Of a stretch of DNA of 64,000 bases, positions 1 to 14,284 are shown in pieces. Positions within the stretch are counted from its first letter, which is position 1; each line of letters starts with the position of its first letter. A program made the position numbers and the translations under genes. The notes under the pieces were generated by a model that saw nothing but the letters and a program-made list of their open reading frames with translations, was not told the DNA's origin and did no database searches. This DNA is from Octopus sinensis. Taxonomy: Eukaryota. Location of the stretch: contig NC_043018.1 in assembly GCF_006345805.1 (NCBI RefSeq), positions 23,250,001 through 23,314,000 of the forward strand, in the 5' to 3' direction.

Positions 1-589
1 GCAAGCTGGAGTGGGAGGGGGGCTGCACCAGATTCCAGTCTGATTTGACATGATTTCTATGGCTGGATGCCCTTTCTAATGCCAACCACTCTACAGAATG
101 TGGTGGGCACTTTTATGTGACACCTCACGGGCACTTTTATGTGACACTGCACAGGCTCTTTACACCATCAGAAGGATCGGTCTTAACATTTCTGCTGCAG
201 GGAATGGGTCTTCTTGAGTAGGCCAGGTCCTCTGCCATTTCCTCTATAGTAAGACAAGCACCTGTGCTTGCCCCTCTCCTCTCCCTAATGTTGAGAGTTG
301 AGGGAGCTTTTTCCCTTTTCTGTTCTTTTTGTGTTGCAGCTTAACGAACCTCACTTGTGCTGGTGGTACAAAAAATAAATAAATAAATAAAAAGGGCCCA
401 GTACACATTGTAAGATGATTTGCTTTAGGAAGGACATCTAACTGTAGAAAACATGCCAAGGCTGACGCTGGAGCCTGGCACAACTCTGTGGCTTGCAGGA
501 TCCTGATATACCATCCAACTCATTCCAGCGTGGAAAAGGGATGTGAGATGATGACAATGATAATATATTGTCTATAATATCACCTGGTC

Positions 590-880
590 ACGAGATTGAC
601 CAGACCATCGACTGTTATACATCACTGATCACAATGCACTTTGCATTGTTTTAGCTTTTGAATGTTGCCACCTCATTGGCTTGAGGGAGCAAGATAACAT
701 CTCCTCTGACTGGAAGGGTATTCCATTGCAGGGTGGCACCCATTTACAGCCGGGTGGACTGCAGTGATGTGAAACAAAGTGTTTTGCTCAAGAACTTAAT
801 GCGCAGCTGGTCTGGGGATCGAAACTACGAATTGAAGGTTGTGAGTACGACACACCTAACCACTAGGCCACATCCCCTCA
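590..880 (-). mobile_element. tRNA-derived SINE, CORE-like head plus 'aacaatgc' tail
   Basis: Reverse complement has tRNA A/B boxes and gttcttgagcaaaacac CORE-like body; inverted homolog at about 4665-4935. Confidence 0.7.
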
Positions 881-893
881 CATCTATAACATA

Positions 894-1110
894 TACTCTT
901 TACTCTTTTACTTGTTTCAGTCATTTGACTGCGGCCATGCTGGAGCACTGACTTTAGTCGAGCAACTCGACCCCGGGACTTATTCTTTTGTAAGCCCAGT
1001 ACTTATTCTATCGGTCTCTTTTGCCGAACCGCTAAGTAACGGGGACGTAAACACACCAGCATTGGTTGTCAAGCAATGCTAGGGGGACAAACATAGACAC
1101 ACAAACACAT

Positions 1111-1169
<59 letters not shown>

Positions 1170-1351
1170 ATATATATATACATATATACGACAGGCTTCT
1201 TTCAGTTTCCGTCTACCAAATCCACTCACAAGGCATTGGTCGGCCCGGGGCTATAGCAGAAGACACTTGCCCAAGATGCCACGCAGTGGGACTGAACCCG
1301 CAACCATGTGGCTGGTTTGCAAGCTACTTACCACACAGCCACTCCTGCGCC
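894..1351 (-). mobile_element. Abundant CORE-type tRNA-SINE (family A, OR2-like), full length
   Basis: ggcgcaggagtggctgtgtgg head, cttgggcaagtgtctt core, internal (TA)n, gagtaaaa-type tail; about 20 copies in the window. Confidence 0.85.
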
Positions 1352-2102
1352 TATATAGGAACTTAAAACTAATATCTATGGTTAGAAAAGCAATCCATGA
1401 GCTTTTATTCAAGATAGCTTTACAAACACTCAGTAATAACAAGCGTTAGATTGACGGTAACGATAACTTGAAAAGCCTTATGTGAAAAGAAAAAAAAAGC
1501 AACAACAACAAAAAATGGGGGGGAAATTCTCATATCGCAATAGTAATATATATGAAAGGAATGCCTACAATGGTTACCTAGATTACTTGTTGGCAATATT
1601 TATATTCTGTTCAGCGTTATATTCTCCCGAAATTCAAAAATATATGATCAAATACCAATCAAACACTCAACTGGAGTTCCTAACACATTTTATTTCATTC
1701 CCTCTCTGTCTCTCTCTCTCTCTCTCTCTCATACACTTCCTCTTACACTTTCTAGTTCACATTCCTTCCACACACACACACACACACACACTCTCTCTCT
1801 TAGATTTTCTATTTCATTTTCACTCTTGTTTCTATTCTATTCTTTCTCCCTCCCACCCGCAATATGCATTTCTGTGTGTGTGTGTGTGTGTGTGTGTTTG
1901 TCCTTCTCTCATAACTTTTATACTCGTTCTTTCCATATCTCATCTGTTTTCACACACACACACACACACACTACTATACTTTCTGTATGTATTGAGTGAG
2001 ATGTTGGTTGTGACGGTGGTGGTGGTGGTAGAGGAGGTAAAAGGCCCCTCTTTATTCATTTCCAAATATTTTTTGACAATTTCCTAGCAATGAAATAATC
2101 TT

Positions 2103-2143
<41 letters not shown>

Positions 2144-2686
2144 CGTCCCATTGGTGTGCAGTCACTATATTAAAAAATGAAAGTATTGTCACTATTTTCC
2201 CAACAATTTTCGTCTATTGTGCACGCACGTGTGTGTGTGTTTGAAATAGTAGTTTTAAAAAAAAAACATTCTTTGCAAGTGAGAGGAGTCAAACTTGATG
2301 AAAACAAACCATGGATCATCCCCTCCTCACCTGAGTGCTCAGCTGTATCAATATATCTTCCTCTCTGTTTGCTGTAGTAGTAGTAGTAGCAGCAGTAAAG
2401 TATTATGTGTATGTTTGTTTGCTTACTATTTCAGAGCAAAAATAATGTTTCACTTGTACCCTCCATGTACGGGAACAATAAATAACTAACTCTTAATACA
2501 CACACACATGCACACACTAACTCTGTTATTGGTATTATTGCTGTTATTGTTGTTATTAATGTCATTTTCATGGTCATGCCTAGCCAAATATGAGAGGCAG
2601 GTGTGGCCTTGAACTTCTGTGTTCTGTTTGTTTGTCTCCAACTACATTGTGTTACTATAGAAACCATTGATAATTTTGCTTAATGG

Positions 2687-2755
<69 letters not shown>

Positions 2756-2937
2756 CCATTTAACACTAGTCATTGTACTTCCCCCCTGAACACTGAAGAG
2801 GTAAATTTACAACCTCATGTAATGTTTTCAACTGCAATTATGTAATCATGATGGTAATTTGCTGAAACACATGTATGTTTTCTGGAGCACTGAGCACCAT
2901 ACCTGTTTCTTTAATTTTATATGTGTGTGTGTATATA

Positions 2938-3895
2938 CAGGGTGTCCCAAAAGTGAATGCGTGAAATTTAGGCGCAGGAGTGGCTGTGTGGTAAGTAGCT
3001 TGCTTACCAACCACATGGTTCCGGGTTTAGTGGCACCTTGGGCAAGTGTCTTCTACTATAGCCTCAGGCCGACCAAAGCCTTGTGAGTGGATTTGGTAGA
3101 CGGAAACTGAAAGAAGCTCGTCGTATATATGTATATATATATTAGGTTGTCCCAAAAGTTCGTAAACACTTGCGATGAAGGTAACTATAACAATATAAAC
3201 CCAAACAAACAATTAAAAATTGCATAAAAATTCAAATTTTTGCAAGTGTTTACGAATTTTTGGGACAACCTTATATTTGTATGTGTGTCTGTGTTTGTCC
3301 CCCTAGCATTGCTTGACAACCGGTGCTGATGTGTTTACGTCCCCGTAACTTAGTGGTTCGGTAAAAGGAGCCCGATAGAATAAGCACTAGGCTTACAATG
3401 AATAAGTCCTGGGGTCGATTTGCTCGACTAAAGGCGGTGCTCCAGCATAGCCGCAGTCAAATGACTGAAACAAGTAAAATACTAAATAGTATATAAACAA
3501 TATAAAGGACATAATTGAAATTAGTATGCACCAATCAAATTTTGCAACACCACTACATCACGTATGAAAAATGACATCGCTTAAAATGGCAGTTATTTTT
3601 GGCTTTGCACACCCATGCTCTTCCCAAAACTTGTACCATAACACCCTCGGGGGTTTCAGACCCCACTTCTCTGATTTTTCTATTGATGGTCTCCGGTTTG
3701 TTGATGTAAACCCTCTCTTTCAGGTATCTTTGATTGAGACCTTTTTTTTTTTTTGCCCGGTTATTCAAAGTAGACCCGACACATGGTTCCAGCAAGATGG
3801 GGCAACTGCTCATACTGCAAGAGAAACACTGCAGTTGCTATGGCAGTGCTTTGGAGAGAGAATCATCTCCCACTATGGCAATGTCAACTTGACTA
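2938..3895 (+). mobile_element. Tc1/mariner transposon remnant interrupted by a family A SINE (about 2971-3480)
   Basis: TA|CAGGGTGTCCC terminus; WFQQDGATAHTARETLQLL...FGERIIS transposase motif in ORF 3571-3942. Confidence 0.75.
3142..3273. mobile_element. mariner-type MITE inside the SINE microsatellite
   Basis: About 30-bp TIRs TTAGGTTGTCCCAAAAGTTCGTAAACACTTGC / GCAAGTGTTTACGAATTTTTGGGACAACC flanked by TA. Confidence 0.85.
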
Positions 3896-3987
3896 TATAT
3901 GAGCCATATATGAGTCAGTCAGGCGGTACTGTATATATATGAGCTATATATGAGTCAGTCAGGCAGTACTGTATATATATATATATG

Positions 3988-4281
3988 TGGAGGCGCAATG
4001 GCCCAGTGGTTAGGGCAGCGGACTTGTGGTCGTAGGATCGCGGTTTCGATTCCCAGACCGGGCGTTGTGTGTGTTTATTGAGCGAAAACACCTAAAAGCT
4101 CCACGAGGCTCCGGCAGGGGGTGGTGACCCCTGCTGTATTCCTTCACCACTCTTTCTCTCACTCTTTCTTCTGTTGGCCTGCTTGCTTAGCCAGCGGGGT
4201 GGCGTCATTCGAAGGCTAAAACAATGCGAACGCATTGTGACCAGCGATGTGTAGCAACATCTGATGGTCTGGTCAGTCACA

Positions 4282-4285
<4 letters not shown>
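3988..4285 (+). mobile_element. tRNA-derived SINE (OR1-like head) with 'aacaatgc' tail
   Basis: ggcgcaatggcccagtggttaggg A box, ggtttcgattccc B box; same head inverted at about 17940-18113. Confidence 0.8.
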
Positions 4286-4318
<33 letters not shown>

Positions 4319-6344
4319 AGATTATCTTAGCCTACAGATGAGCTTAAGATCATCTCAACAAAGAAAGGACTTTAAACATCAAAATGTTGAATATAGCTTT
4401 TAATACTCTTGACAACTGGACATGGGGTTTTCAAACTGCTAGAAGCAGTTCTATTGGTTTCTTTTCAAGAACACCTAAAGTATATTCTGTTATTGTTTAG
4501 CCTCAGGTTACAGCCATTTGAGCGAATTCTTACTCAACTATATCTCAGGTGTGACTATCCCCTCTTTTGGTAAAACGTAGCTTATTTAACACTATATTAT
4601 CTAATGTGTACTTTGAATCGTGTCATTGTGAAATGCTGCAATTAGAACTGATATCATTTCTAAATTTGTAAAGTGATGGTTTAGTTCGTAGTTTCGATCC
4701 CCAGTCCAGCTGCATGTTAAGTTCTTGAGCAAAACACTTTGTTTCACATCACTGCAGTCCACCCACCTGTAAATGGGTGTCACCCTGCAATGGAATACCC
4801 TTCCAATCAGAGGAGATGTTATCCTGCTCTCCCTAGCCAGTGAGGTGGCAACATTCAAAAGCTAAAACGATGCAAAGTGCATTGTGATCAATGATGTATA
4901 ACAGTCGATAGTCTAGTCAGTCTCGTGATCAGGTGACATTATAGACAGTTCTTTCGTAGGGTGGGGCGTTGGCTGCTATTTCTAGCAGGTCAAGCTTCCT
5001 CCACTGGTTTCAGTTGGCTGCTGTTCTTGCTCATCCCTTCTATGTCAACTGTTTTCAGGTCATCCTGAAATATCTGTTACCAAGTCATCTTTAGCCTCCC
5101 CATTTTTGCACCTGCTGACAAGTGGCACCCAAATCAAGACCAATTTCAAGTGCTTTTCACCAGCTAGATGATAGAAATATGGCCAGTCACTCATACATGC
5201 AGACACGCGTGAACAGATAGTGTATCTTTTACCTGTCAGTTATTTCAGTGATTTGACTGCTGCCATGCTAGAGCACCTCATTCTAGGGTTCATTTAAACA
5301 AATTGACCCCGGCACTTTTTTCATCCTGATAATTTTTCTATCAGTCTCTTTTTGCTGAGCCGCTAAGTTACAATGTTTTTAAACAAAGCAACACTAATTG
5401 TCAAGTGCCACTAGGGGACAAACATACAAATAAACAAACACACATACACACCAGGCCTCTTTCAATTTATGTCTATCAAATTCACTCACAAGGCATTGGT
5501 TGGCCTAAAGCTATAATAAAAGACAATTGCCCAAGGTGCTGAGCAGTGGGACAGAACCCAAGGCCACTTGGCTGGCAAGCAAGTTTCTTAAGCTCACAGC
5601 CACACCTGCACTTAGTGTGTGTGTGTGATTAGCTAATCTCCCGTCCTTAGTTTCCCATCCATTTTCTCTATACTATGTTATATTGCATGTTCATTGCTTG
5701 ACTGGCATTGGTCATAGTCTTGCTTGATTTAGGCTGACTTGGGGCTAAACCAATGCTCTACAACCAGTGTGCCATGGTGCACTGGTGTGTCACAGGACGA
5801 TGCAAGGCATGCCACAGTGTAACTTGAATATAATTTTTTTCCCCTTATACTTTTAGCTATATTTTTAGTTCAGGTGTGCCGCCGAATTTCGAAAGGAATT
5901 TAAGGGTATCACAAGTGAAAAAAATGTTGCGGAGCACTGGGCCAAACGGCAGCTACCACCCACTGGCACCATCTATTCACTTCAATTGAGCCATTAGCCA
6001 TTAACCATTTCAAGCTCTATTTCACCGCCACAGCCTCACCCCTACCTTGCTTCAGTTTTTACCACAAACCGCTGTTGTTGAACCTATTCTTATTTCCTCA
6101 ATTAATCATTTCTCACTCTCCATTCTTTCTCACCATACATGTAACAACTTGTCGTAATTCCTCCTTTCACTTTCTGCCTTGTTGCTTGTTATTGAAGCAT
6201 TTTGTCTTAAAAGCGTTGTTTATTTATGAAAGACGCAGGTGTGACTGGCTGGTTTAAGAAGTTTGCTTGCCAATCACATAATGGTTTCAGGTTCAATCTC
6301 ATTGCGTGACATCATGAGCAAGGATCTTCTACTATAAAAAAAAA

Positions 6345-6660
6345 AAGCACTCGGTTGGTTACGACGACGAGGGTCCCAGCTGATATCAACGAAACTGCTT
6401 GCTTGTGAAATTAACGTGCAAGTGGCTGAGTACTCCACAGACACGTGTATTCTTAACATACTTCTCAGGGAGATTCAGCGTGACACAGAGTGTGACATGG
6501 CTGGCCCCTTGAAATACAGGTACTACTCATTTTTGCCAGCTGAGTGGACTGGAGCATCATGAAATAAAATGTCTTCCTCAAGAACACATGTCATCAGGAA
6601 TTGAATTCATGACCTTGCAATCGTGAGCCAAATGCCTCTAACCACTAAGCCATGCACCTT
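6345..6660 (-). mobile_element. tRNA-SINE, CORE-like head plus Deu/Nin-like body, inserted into an older family A SINE
   Basis: cacgtgtctgtggagtactcagccacttgcacgttaatttc body shared with 17735-17905; domain naming is tentative. Confidence 0.6.
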
Positions 6661-7368
6661 CTACTATAGACCTGGGCTGACTAGAGATTTATGAGCAGAT
6701 TTGGTAAATGGACTACTGAAAGAAGCCCATTTTGTGTGTGCATGTGTATTTGTGTGTATAGATAGGCCCTATTCTGCACATTTGTATGCATGCATAGGCC
6801 CTATTCTTCTGCATTCTGTATATAGGCAAGCTTTGTTCTCAGTGTTGTATGTCACTCTTATTTCGTCCATTATGTGGACTAAGTTTACATGTGTAAACTT
6901 GACGTGCTTTTTATCTCCACATCCACAAACATGCCTGTTCACTGATTTGATCTCTCCCCCACTACACACTCACACACACACACACACACACACTCTCTCT
7001 CTTTCTCTCCTCTCTTTCTTTCTCTCACTCTGATATTGACACCTGTCTTGTATCCTTTATATCTCCCTGTCTCCTTCAATAACATCCTCTGATTCCTGTA
7101 TTTTCTACTCGCCTACTTTTCTCCCTTCCGTAGGATTTCATCACATCCGCCCCCACTCTCCCATCTCTCCCTCCATTGACTAATTCCTCTTTCTCTGCCT
7201 CCTCATCTTCCTCTCCTTCATATTCTATATGGTTTACATGCTCTGTTGCTGCCTTGTATTTTACTTGTCAACGGAATATTACTTGCTTACTACTTGGTGT
7301 GGTTACACACACACACAAGCATGTACATACATGCAGTCACATGCATGCAGTCACATGCATGCACAGTG

Positions 7369-7405
<37 letters not shown>

Positions 7406-7573
7406 GGATGAGAAAAAGAAAATGGAGAAACTGACATATAGACATCAGTTTATTCAAATCAATATATTATGAAATTCTTATCCCTACAGCCATTTCCATA
7501 GCCAATTAATTCAATTAAGGAAATTAAATTGAATTAAATTAAAATTTTTATATTGAAACTTGTTAATTGGGCA

Positions 7574-7627
<54 letters not shown>

Positions 7628-7767
7628 AAGGTATGTAGAAAAATACAACATGGACAAGAACGTATAACTCTTAGAAGACGATACAATAAACACGGACAGG
7701 ACATTCGAAACCCTCAGTCTTCAGTCAAGAACCGGATCATCGTAGTAATTTCGGCTGATTAATCTTG

Positions 7768-7804
<37 letters not shown>

Positions 7805-7809
<5 letters not shown>

Positions 7810-8113
7810 CACGTAAAAAGCACCATCCGAATGTGGCCGATGCCAGCGCTGCCTTAACTGGCTTCCGTGCCGGTGGCACGTTAACAGCACCAACCGATCG
7901 TGGCCGCTGCCAGACTCCCCTGGCACCTGTGCTGGTGTCATGTAAAAAGCACCCACTACACTCACGGAGTGGTTGGCGTTAGGAAGGGCATCCAGCTGTA
8001 GAAACACTGCCAGATCAAACTGGAGCCTGGTGCAGCCTCCTGGCTTCCCAGACCCCGGTCGAACCATCCAACCTGTGCTATCGCGGAAAACGGACGTTAA
8101 ACAATGATGATGA
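7805..8113 (+). mobile_element. RTE-LINE 3' end / RTE-tailed short element
   Basis: ggcgttaggaagggcatccagctgtagaaac...ggacgttaaacaatgatgatga tail; about 15 similar copies (e.g. 16345-16615, 34870-35190, 48455-48630, 62520-62775). Confidence 0.75.
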
Positions 8114-8249
8114 TATATATCATTTTAGCTGCTTTCTCGTATACAAGCAAAACCATTGCTAGAAAAAATCGTTGAAACGAGGTGGTGTTAATGCAATGTG
8201 AGAATCTTGAGCCCAGGAAAGTTTTGCACATTTTATTACATAATGCTCA

Positions 8250-8420
8250 GCTGTGCTGGCTGGCAGAAGGACCAGATGCCTGGGTACGAACCCTTTTGAC
8301 ATGCCTTTTCAATCCTCCAACTGAGAGGCACACCTTTCCACAAGTTGCACATGTTCTGTTGTGAGCAATGGCCATACCACAATTTACCATGGGTCGATTC
8401 CTGTGAGTTATCTGATGGCT
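8250..8420 (-). mobile_element. Probable RTE/BovB-type ORF2 C-terminal C2H2 fragment
   Basis: CATCGKVCLSVGGLKRHVK in ORF 8247-8483; isolated, with no splice sites. Confidence 0.45.
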
Positions 8421-8671
8421 GACCAGGCCTGCATGACCACAAACCACACACGGACACACACACACAAAGCAACACTCCCTCATTCTCCACTAGTTCATTC
8501 CTTGTAAGCCTTCTCCTAATCTTCTTATCCTTCATTCTCTCTCTCCCTCCCTCAAACCTTGGACAACCACTCTGCACTTGGTCTTATGTGGTTTCTGGTT
8601 CAGTCCTATTGCATGGTACTTTGGGTGAGTGTTGCCTAAGGCCTGGGGCCAACTGCAAGAAGCTCACCATA

Positions 8672-8840
8672 GGCGCAGGAATGGCTGTGTGATAAGTAGC
8701 TTGCTAACCAACCACATGGTTCCGGGTTCAGTCCCACTGCGTGGCATCTTGGGCAAGTGTCTTCTGCTATAGCCCTGGGCCGACCAATGCCTTGTGAGTG
8801 GATTTGGTAGACGGAAACTGAAAGAAGCCTGTCATATATA

Positions 8841-8871
<31 letters not shown>

Positions 8872-9088
8872 GTATGTGTTTGTGTGTCTGTGTTTGTCCC
8901 TCTAGCATTGCTTGACAACCGATGCTGGTGTGTTTACATCCCCGTCACTTAGCAGTTTGGCAAAAGAAACCGATAGAATAAGTACTGGGCTTACAAAGAA
9001 TAAGTCCCGGTGTCGATTTGCTCGACTAAAGGCGGTGCTCCAGCATGGCCGCAATCAAATGACTGAAACAAGTAAAAGAGTAAAGAGT
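8672..9088 (+). mobile_element. Family A CORE-type SINE, full length
   Basis: Near-identical inverse of 894-1351. Confidence 0.85.
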
Positions 9089-9116
9089 ATGCGTGTGATA
9101 TGAATGCATGACTGTA

Positions 9117-9690
9117 CAAGGTGGTATCAAAAAGTTCCTGGACTAGTTCTATAGCATGCCAACAGACGGCAGCACATGGTTGCAAGCCCAGTGAGAGCTG
9201 GCAGTGACCTTCATGAGGCAGAGCGCTAAGTGACATTGCTGTGTTTACTTTGCAAGTTGTGAATTTTGTGCTTTTCTGATCACATGTATGTTGTAGTCTG
9301 CGATTTTGTCATGGATGGGAACAAAGACCCGATGTGAAATTTTGTGTTGAACTTGGGAAGTCTGCTAGAGCGACATTGAACATACTTCGGCAAGCTTACG
9401 GTGATGGGGCAATGGGTTGTATGCAATGTTCTAAGTGGCACAAAGCAGAAGAATGTCCCCGGAAGACAATGATCAATCCGGAAGCCCTACCGTGAGCATC
9501 ATCCTGCAGACATGTGGAGAAAATTCATCAGTTTGTGCGTGAGGATCGTCAGAGGATATTCAATGGCATTGTTGATGTTGTTGGTCTGTCATATGGATCC
9601 TTAAACATGTGGCATGTCTCTGCTAAGTTTGTTCCCTGCCTGCTGACCACTGAGCAGAAAGAACATCATGTCAGTCTGGCTTCTCACACG
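9117..9690 (+). mobile_element. mariner transposon 5' remnant
   Basis: TA|CAAGGTGGTATCAAAAAGTTCC terminus; decayed N-terminus including LGKSA, QAYG, VEKIHQFVREDR and VSAKFVPCLLTTEQK. Confidence 0.8.
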
Positions 9691-9796
9691 TACCCTACAA
9701 TGTTATTCTAAAAATGATAATCAGTTGCATCGACAAAATCTCAAAGTAACAAGATAATGAATGATTAATTCAAAGCAATGTGAATAAATAAATATA

Positions 9797-10024
9797 TATT
9801 ACTTTACTGCCCACAAGGGGCTAAACATAGAGGGGACAAACAAGGACAGACATAGGTATTAAGTCAATTACATCAACCCCAGTGCGTAACTGGTACTTAA
9901 TTTATCGACCCCGAAAGGATGAAAGGCAAAGTCGACCTCGGCGGAATTTGAACTCAGAACGTAACGACAGACGAAATACTGCTAAGCATTTCGCCCAGCA
10001 CGCTAATGCTTCTGCCAGCTCGCC
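9797..10024 (-). mobile_element. Meta-type tRNA-SINE with 17-bp TSD
   Basis: gtcgactttgcctttcatcctttcggggtcgataaa central domain; TSD gtgaataaataaatata at 9780-9796 and 10025-10041. Confidence 0.85.
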
Positions 10025-11187
10025 GTGAATAAATAAATATAAGTGTCCGTGTGGTGCCATGTAGCAGCACCCAGCACACTCTGTAAAGTGGTTGCCATTA
10101 GGAAGGGCATCCAGCTGTAGAAACCATGCCAAATCATACTGAAGTCTGGTGCACCTCCTCCATACACACACATTGGCTTGTCAGCTTTGGTCACACAGTC
10201 CATCCCATGCTAGCATGGACAACAGACGTTAAATGGTGATGATGATACACTTGACTGAATAATTTGAATGCTAAAGGATTAACACAAGAAGTTTGTACTA
10301 GAGAAGCAGAGATGGTATTGGGCAGGTTGGATCGATGGGTTAAGATTTGATTAGAGTGAGATTTGGTTACTATTTCTAGCATGTCAAGCGATCACAATGA
10401 GACCTCTCTCATAGCTTGTCTATTATTAAATACGCCAGCATAGTGTTATGTTCTCGACAAATACACTGTGTAAGCTCTTATTTCAATTTCCTGATTGACA
10501 CACAATATTGGGGAAAGATAGTGCGTTTTCCTCCTAGATTTATAGAACTTGTCTAATATATCTGATGGTGCCATCCATTATTGCTTGTTGTATTAAGAAT
10601 GTTATTAGCCATTTATTTCTGCTGGTGACGATGAAGACGACATGTGTGTGGTAACGATCTACCTATATCTGATTGACTTTCTTGGAAATTTAATGAAAAA
10701 TAACATTGGATGTCGTTTCTTTTCCACACACCTCCCTCTCTTTACACACACACACAGATAGATAGATTGATAGATAGATAGATATACATATACATACACT
10801 TGCATATATAGAAATATATTTGTATAAATAATACAAACACACACACATATTTACTTACACACGCACATACACACACACACACACATACACAAAGTACATT
10901 TATATATAACACATGCATATATAAAATACATCTGTATGTATGATACATACACACATATAAATAAACTGTCAGTATATATGCACACACACATACACACACA
11001 CATGAGAGGGTGGGTGATTGAAAGAGGCCATCAATGCATACATGTCACTATACAAAATGTTTATGTATGTAGATCTGTATTTGTGTGCTTGTGTGTGTGT
11101 GTGTGTTGTGTGTGTGTGTGTATGCATGTGTCTCGGTCTGTTTATGTGTACTTATAGACACCACTCACAGACACACGCATTCCCTAC

Positions 11188-11231
<44 letters not shown>

Positions 11232-11599
11232 GTTTGTGCCAAATACATAACAGGAAGATTTAATATCTTTGAGATAAATAGATATTGAGCAATTTTTATT
11301 TTATAATTTCATACACAAACACAGACCTAGAGATTGTGTGCATATATCTGTGTCTGTGTGTATCTGTGTCTGTGTGTATCTGTGTCTCTGTGTGTGTGTG
11401 TGTGTGTGTTTTGCAGGAATATTGTTTTTTGAAAAACTCAATACCAAAATCTATTATTAACAGGACACATAGTTATGTCTTTGATATATTTATTAAAATT
11501 TTAACGGAAATATAATTTACATATTGAGGTGTATGCTATTGTATTTGTGTGATGGTTTATTCTGTATGCAATTGTATTCTGCGTGTCTGCATGCTATTA

Positions 11600-12060
11600 T
11601 GTATCGTCTGGTAATTTATATATATATATGTGTGTATGTATGTGTGTGTGTATGAGTGTATGTGTATATACATGTGTGTGTGTGTGTGTGTGTATGAGTG
11701 TATGTGTATATACATGTGTATGTGTGTGTATGTATGTATATACTTGTGTGTATGTATGTATATACTTGTGTGTATGTATGTATATATTTGTGTGTATGTA
11801 TGTATATACTTGTGTGTGTATGTATATATTTGTGCGTGTATGTATATATGTGTGTATGTATATATGTGTGTGTATATACTTGTGTGCGTGTGTGTATATA
11901 CTTGTGTGTGTATGTATGTGTGTGTGTATATACTTGTCTGTGTGTGTGTGTGTATATACTTGTCTGTGTGTGTGTGTATGTATGTGTGTGTGTACATATG
12001 GTATTCTATGCATGTAGCTATGTACATATGTAATGGTATTGTAAGTATGTATGGTATGAA
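11600..12060. repeat. Compound (TG)/(TA) microsatellite expansion
   Basis: Iterated tgtgtatgtatatatacttgtg units; source of six spurious ORFs. Confidence 0.95.
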
Positions 12061-12214
12061 TATTTTTTGTTCAGGTATGTTTACATATAAGTCTATGCAT
12101 GTATTTACATGTGTGTGTGTGTACATATGTATATAAAATGTTGCAGATCTCATGTCATCAAAGAAGGAGAAAAATTTCTTCCTTTTTTTTAAAAAATATA
12201 TTCAGGATGTCAGT

Positions 12215-12760
12215 TCTAATATACTGTTTCCCCGTGCCGTTCCCAGATCATCTTTTATGGAGGAGATGATGACATTTGACCATGATTAGCCCTGTTTTAT
12301 TATTTGGAGACAGGGACAGTTGTATATGGTTGGCTGTTTTACAGTGTGACGTAGACAGTTGACTCTGGTCAATGCTTAATGTGTGGAGAGCTCAGTGGCA
12401 TGGTGCGTTGTTGTCGTGAAGAATCCAGTTCTTTGTGCTCTACAGATCTGGTCGCTTTCGCTGAATGTCCTCCGCCAAACACTTCAAAATGTCACAGTAG
12501 AACTCTCGATGATCTGACCCCCGGGGGACAAATTCTCGATGCACAAATGTTTAATGTCAGCAAAAAATTCAGTACAGAAGTTCTTGAGAGAATGAATTGT
12601 GAACACTTAGAGCAATCATGGACAAAGAACTCTCAATTGATGGTCTGACCCTCGGGGGACAAATTCTTGATGCACAATGTTTAATGTCAGCAAAAAATTC
12701 AGTACAGAAGTTCTTGAGAGAATGAATTGTGAACACTTAGAGCAATCATGGACAAACTTT
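12215..12760 (-). mobile_element. mariner transposase C-terminal remnant with internal tandem duplication of about 130 bp
   Basis: Reverse strand LHDNNAPCH motif (mariner LHHDNAP.H); the block actctc..gatctgaccc...caatcatggacaaa occurs twice. Confidence 0.7.
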
Positions 12761-13308
12761 TCCACAAACATGGGATTTTCTGAATGGCACATCTCTGCCT
12801 AGTGATGTGCTGTGTCGCATGTGGCCTGCTTCTTGAAAAAAAGGTTGCCCTTTCCTCAGTTAGAGCATTGGTTTCAATTTGGTGAGTGTTTTGTTTTTGG
12901 AGGCTTTTCTTCCACAGCACTTGACCGAAAAGGTTCCTTGCCCTAAACCAGCTTCATATCCTGGAGTAAACTTAACCACCACATTCTACAGCAGGAGTTC
13001 TCAACCATTTTTTATTCTTGGACTCTTTCGATTACTATTCTCTTCTGTTGGATCCCCATATCTGTTCAATGTTTAAAAACTAGTTTTATAAATGCTTCTT
13101 TTGAAATTTCTGTTTCGTTTTTCACCAGTGCTGCATAAACACACCTGTGATGGTAACATGTAAAAAAGCACCCAGCGCACTCTAAGTGGTTGGCATTAGG
13201 AAGGGCATCCAGCCATAGAAACCACAATAATGTCCAATTGTCTAACCCAGTCCAGCATGGAGACTGGATGTTAAACAATGATCATATGTGTAGGTTGAAC
13301 TATGTTAA

Positions 13309-14066
13309 CCCCTTACCCGGCAGAAACGAATATATGCGTTTTGACCGAAATCGTTTTTTTCTATCTCTGGTGAGTTAACTCGTCAAAAGATAGACTCGCC
13401 AAAATCGACAGCAAACGAGTTCCTTTGTCTATTATAAACTCTTTTTTGACATATACGAGTATATTCGCTCACTTTATATGTCTGGCAGTGACGATTTCTG
13501 CCACCTTTCGCTTGAGTAAGGCATTGAAGACCGAGTATGATTTAGTCACCTGGAGACAGTCGAAGGGTTGGAAGGCACATTTTATGAATAATAAATAAGG
13601 TTTGAAATATACCTCGAAATCACCATTCAAAACATACTCTTTTACTTGTTTCAGTCATTTGACTGCGGCCATGCTGGAGCACCACCTTTTAGTACTTATT
13701 CTATCAGTCTCTTTTTGCCGAACCGCTAAGTGACGGGGACCTAAACACACCAGCATCGGTTGTCAAGCAATGCTAGGGGGACAAACACAGACACACAAAC
13801 ACACGCATACATATATATATACATATATACGACAGGCTTCTTTCAGTTTCCGTCTACCAAATCCACTCACAAGGCATTGGTCGGCCCGGGGCTATAGCAG
13901 AAGACACTTGCCCAAGATGCCACGCAGTGGGACTGAACCCGCAACCATGTGGTTGGTAAACAAGCTACTTACCACACAGCCACTCCTGCGCCTATAGTAA
14001 AATAAAACAATAAAAAATATGTCTGAAAAAATACATTTATTTTCAAAATAATTGTTGGGTAAGGGG
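13309..14066. mobile_element. piggyBac-like non-autonomous element containing a family A SINE (13635-13992, minus)
   Basis: TTAA|CCCCTTACCC ... GGGTAAGGGG|TTAA. Confidence 0.8.
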
Positions 14067-14284
14067 TTAAGCATTGGAGAAAGAAACACAGCTGTGTCTT
14101 GCAATCAATACACCCAAAGTCACATCTCTCCGTGGACCCATAACTCTTTAGCATTCAAATTACTTTGTCAAATGTAACACTTATTTATTCATAAATGCTG
14201 TAGGGGGTAGTTGTGGGGAGACCAGGTTTGCCTGATTTGAACATAAAACAGGTGGAATATTTGGGCTGGAAATGGCTGGTTTAA

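Noticed and set aside
1066-1449. Recurrent 'MSSNARGTN...' ORF family seen about eight times
   Set aside because: Antisense reading of the family A SINE; variable frameshifts across its microsatellite
3988-4070. tRNA-like sequence with A and B boxes
   Set aside because: No complete cloverleaf or terminator; it continues into a SINE body
4510-4556. Possible SMG7 first exon ending TAT CTC AG|GTGTGA (Y-L-R)
   Set aside because: No in-frame ATG, no similarity to the expected N-terminus, weak donor
11557-12153. Six overlapping 111-198 aa ORFs
   Set aside because: Translation of (TG)/(TA) microsatellite
12860-12881. Possible 22-nt cryptic exon (cctcag|...|gtgagt)
   Set aside because: Short pyrimidine tract and no homology; such matches arise by chance in 64 kb
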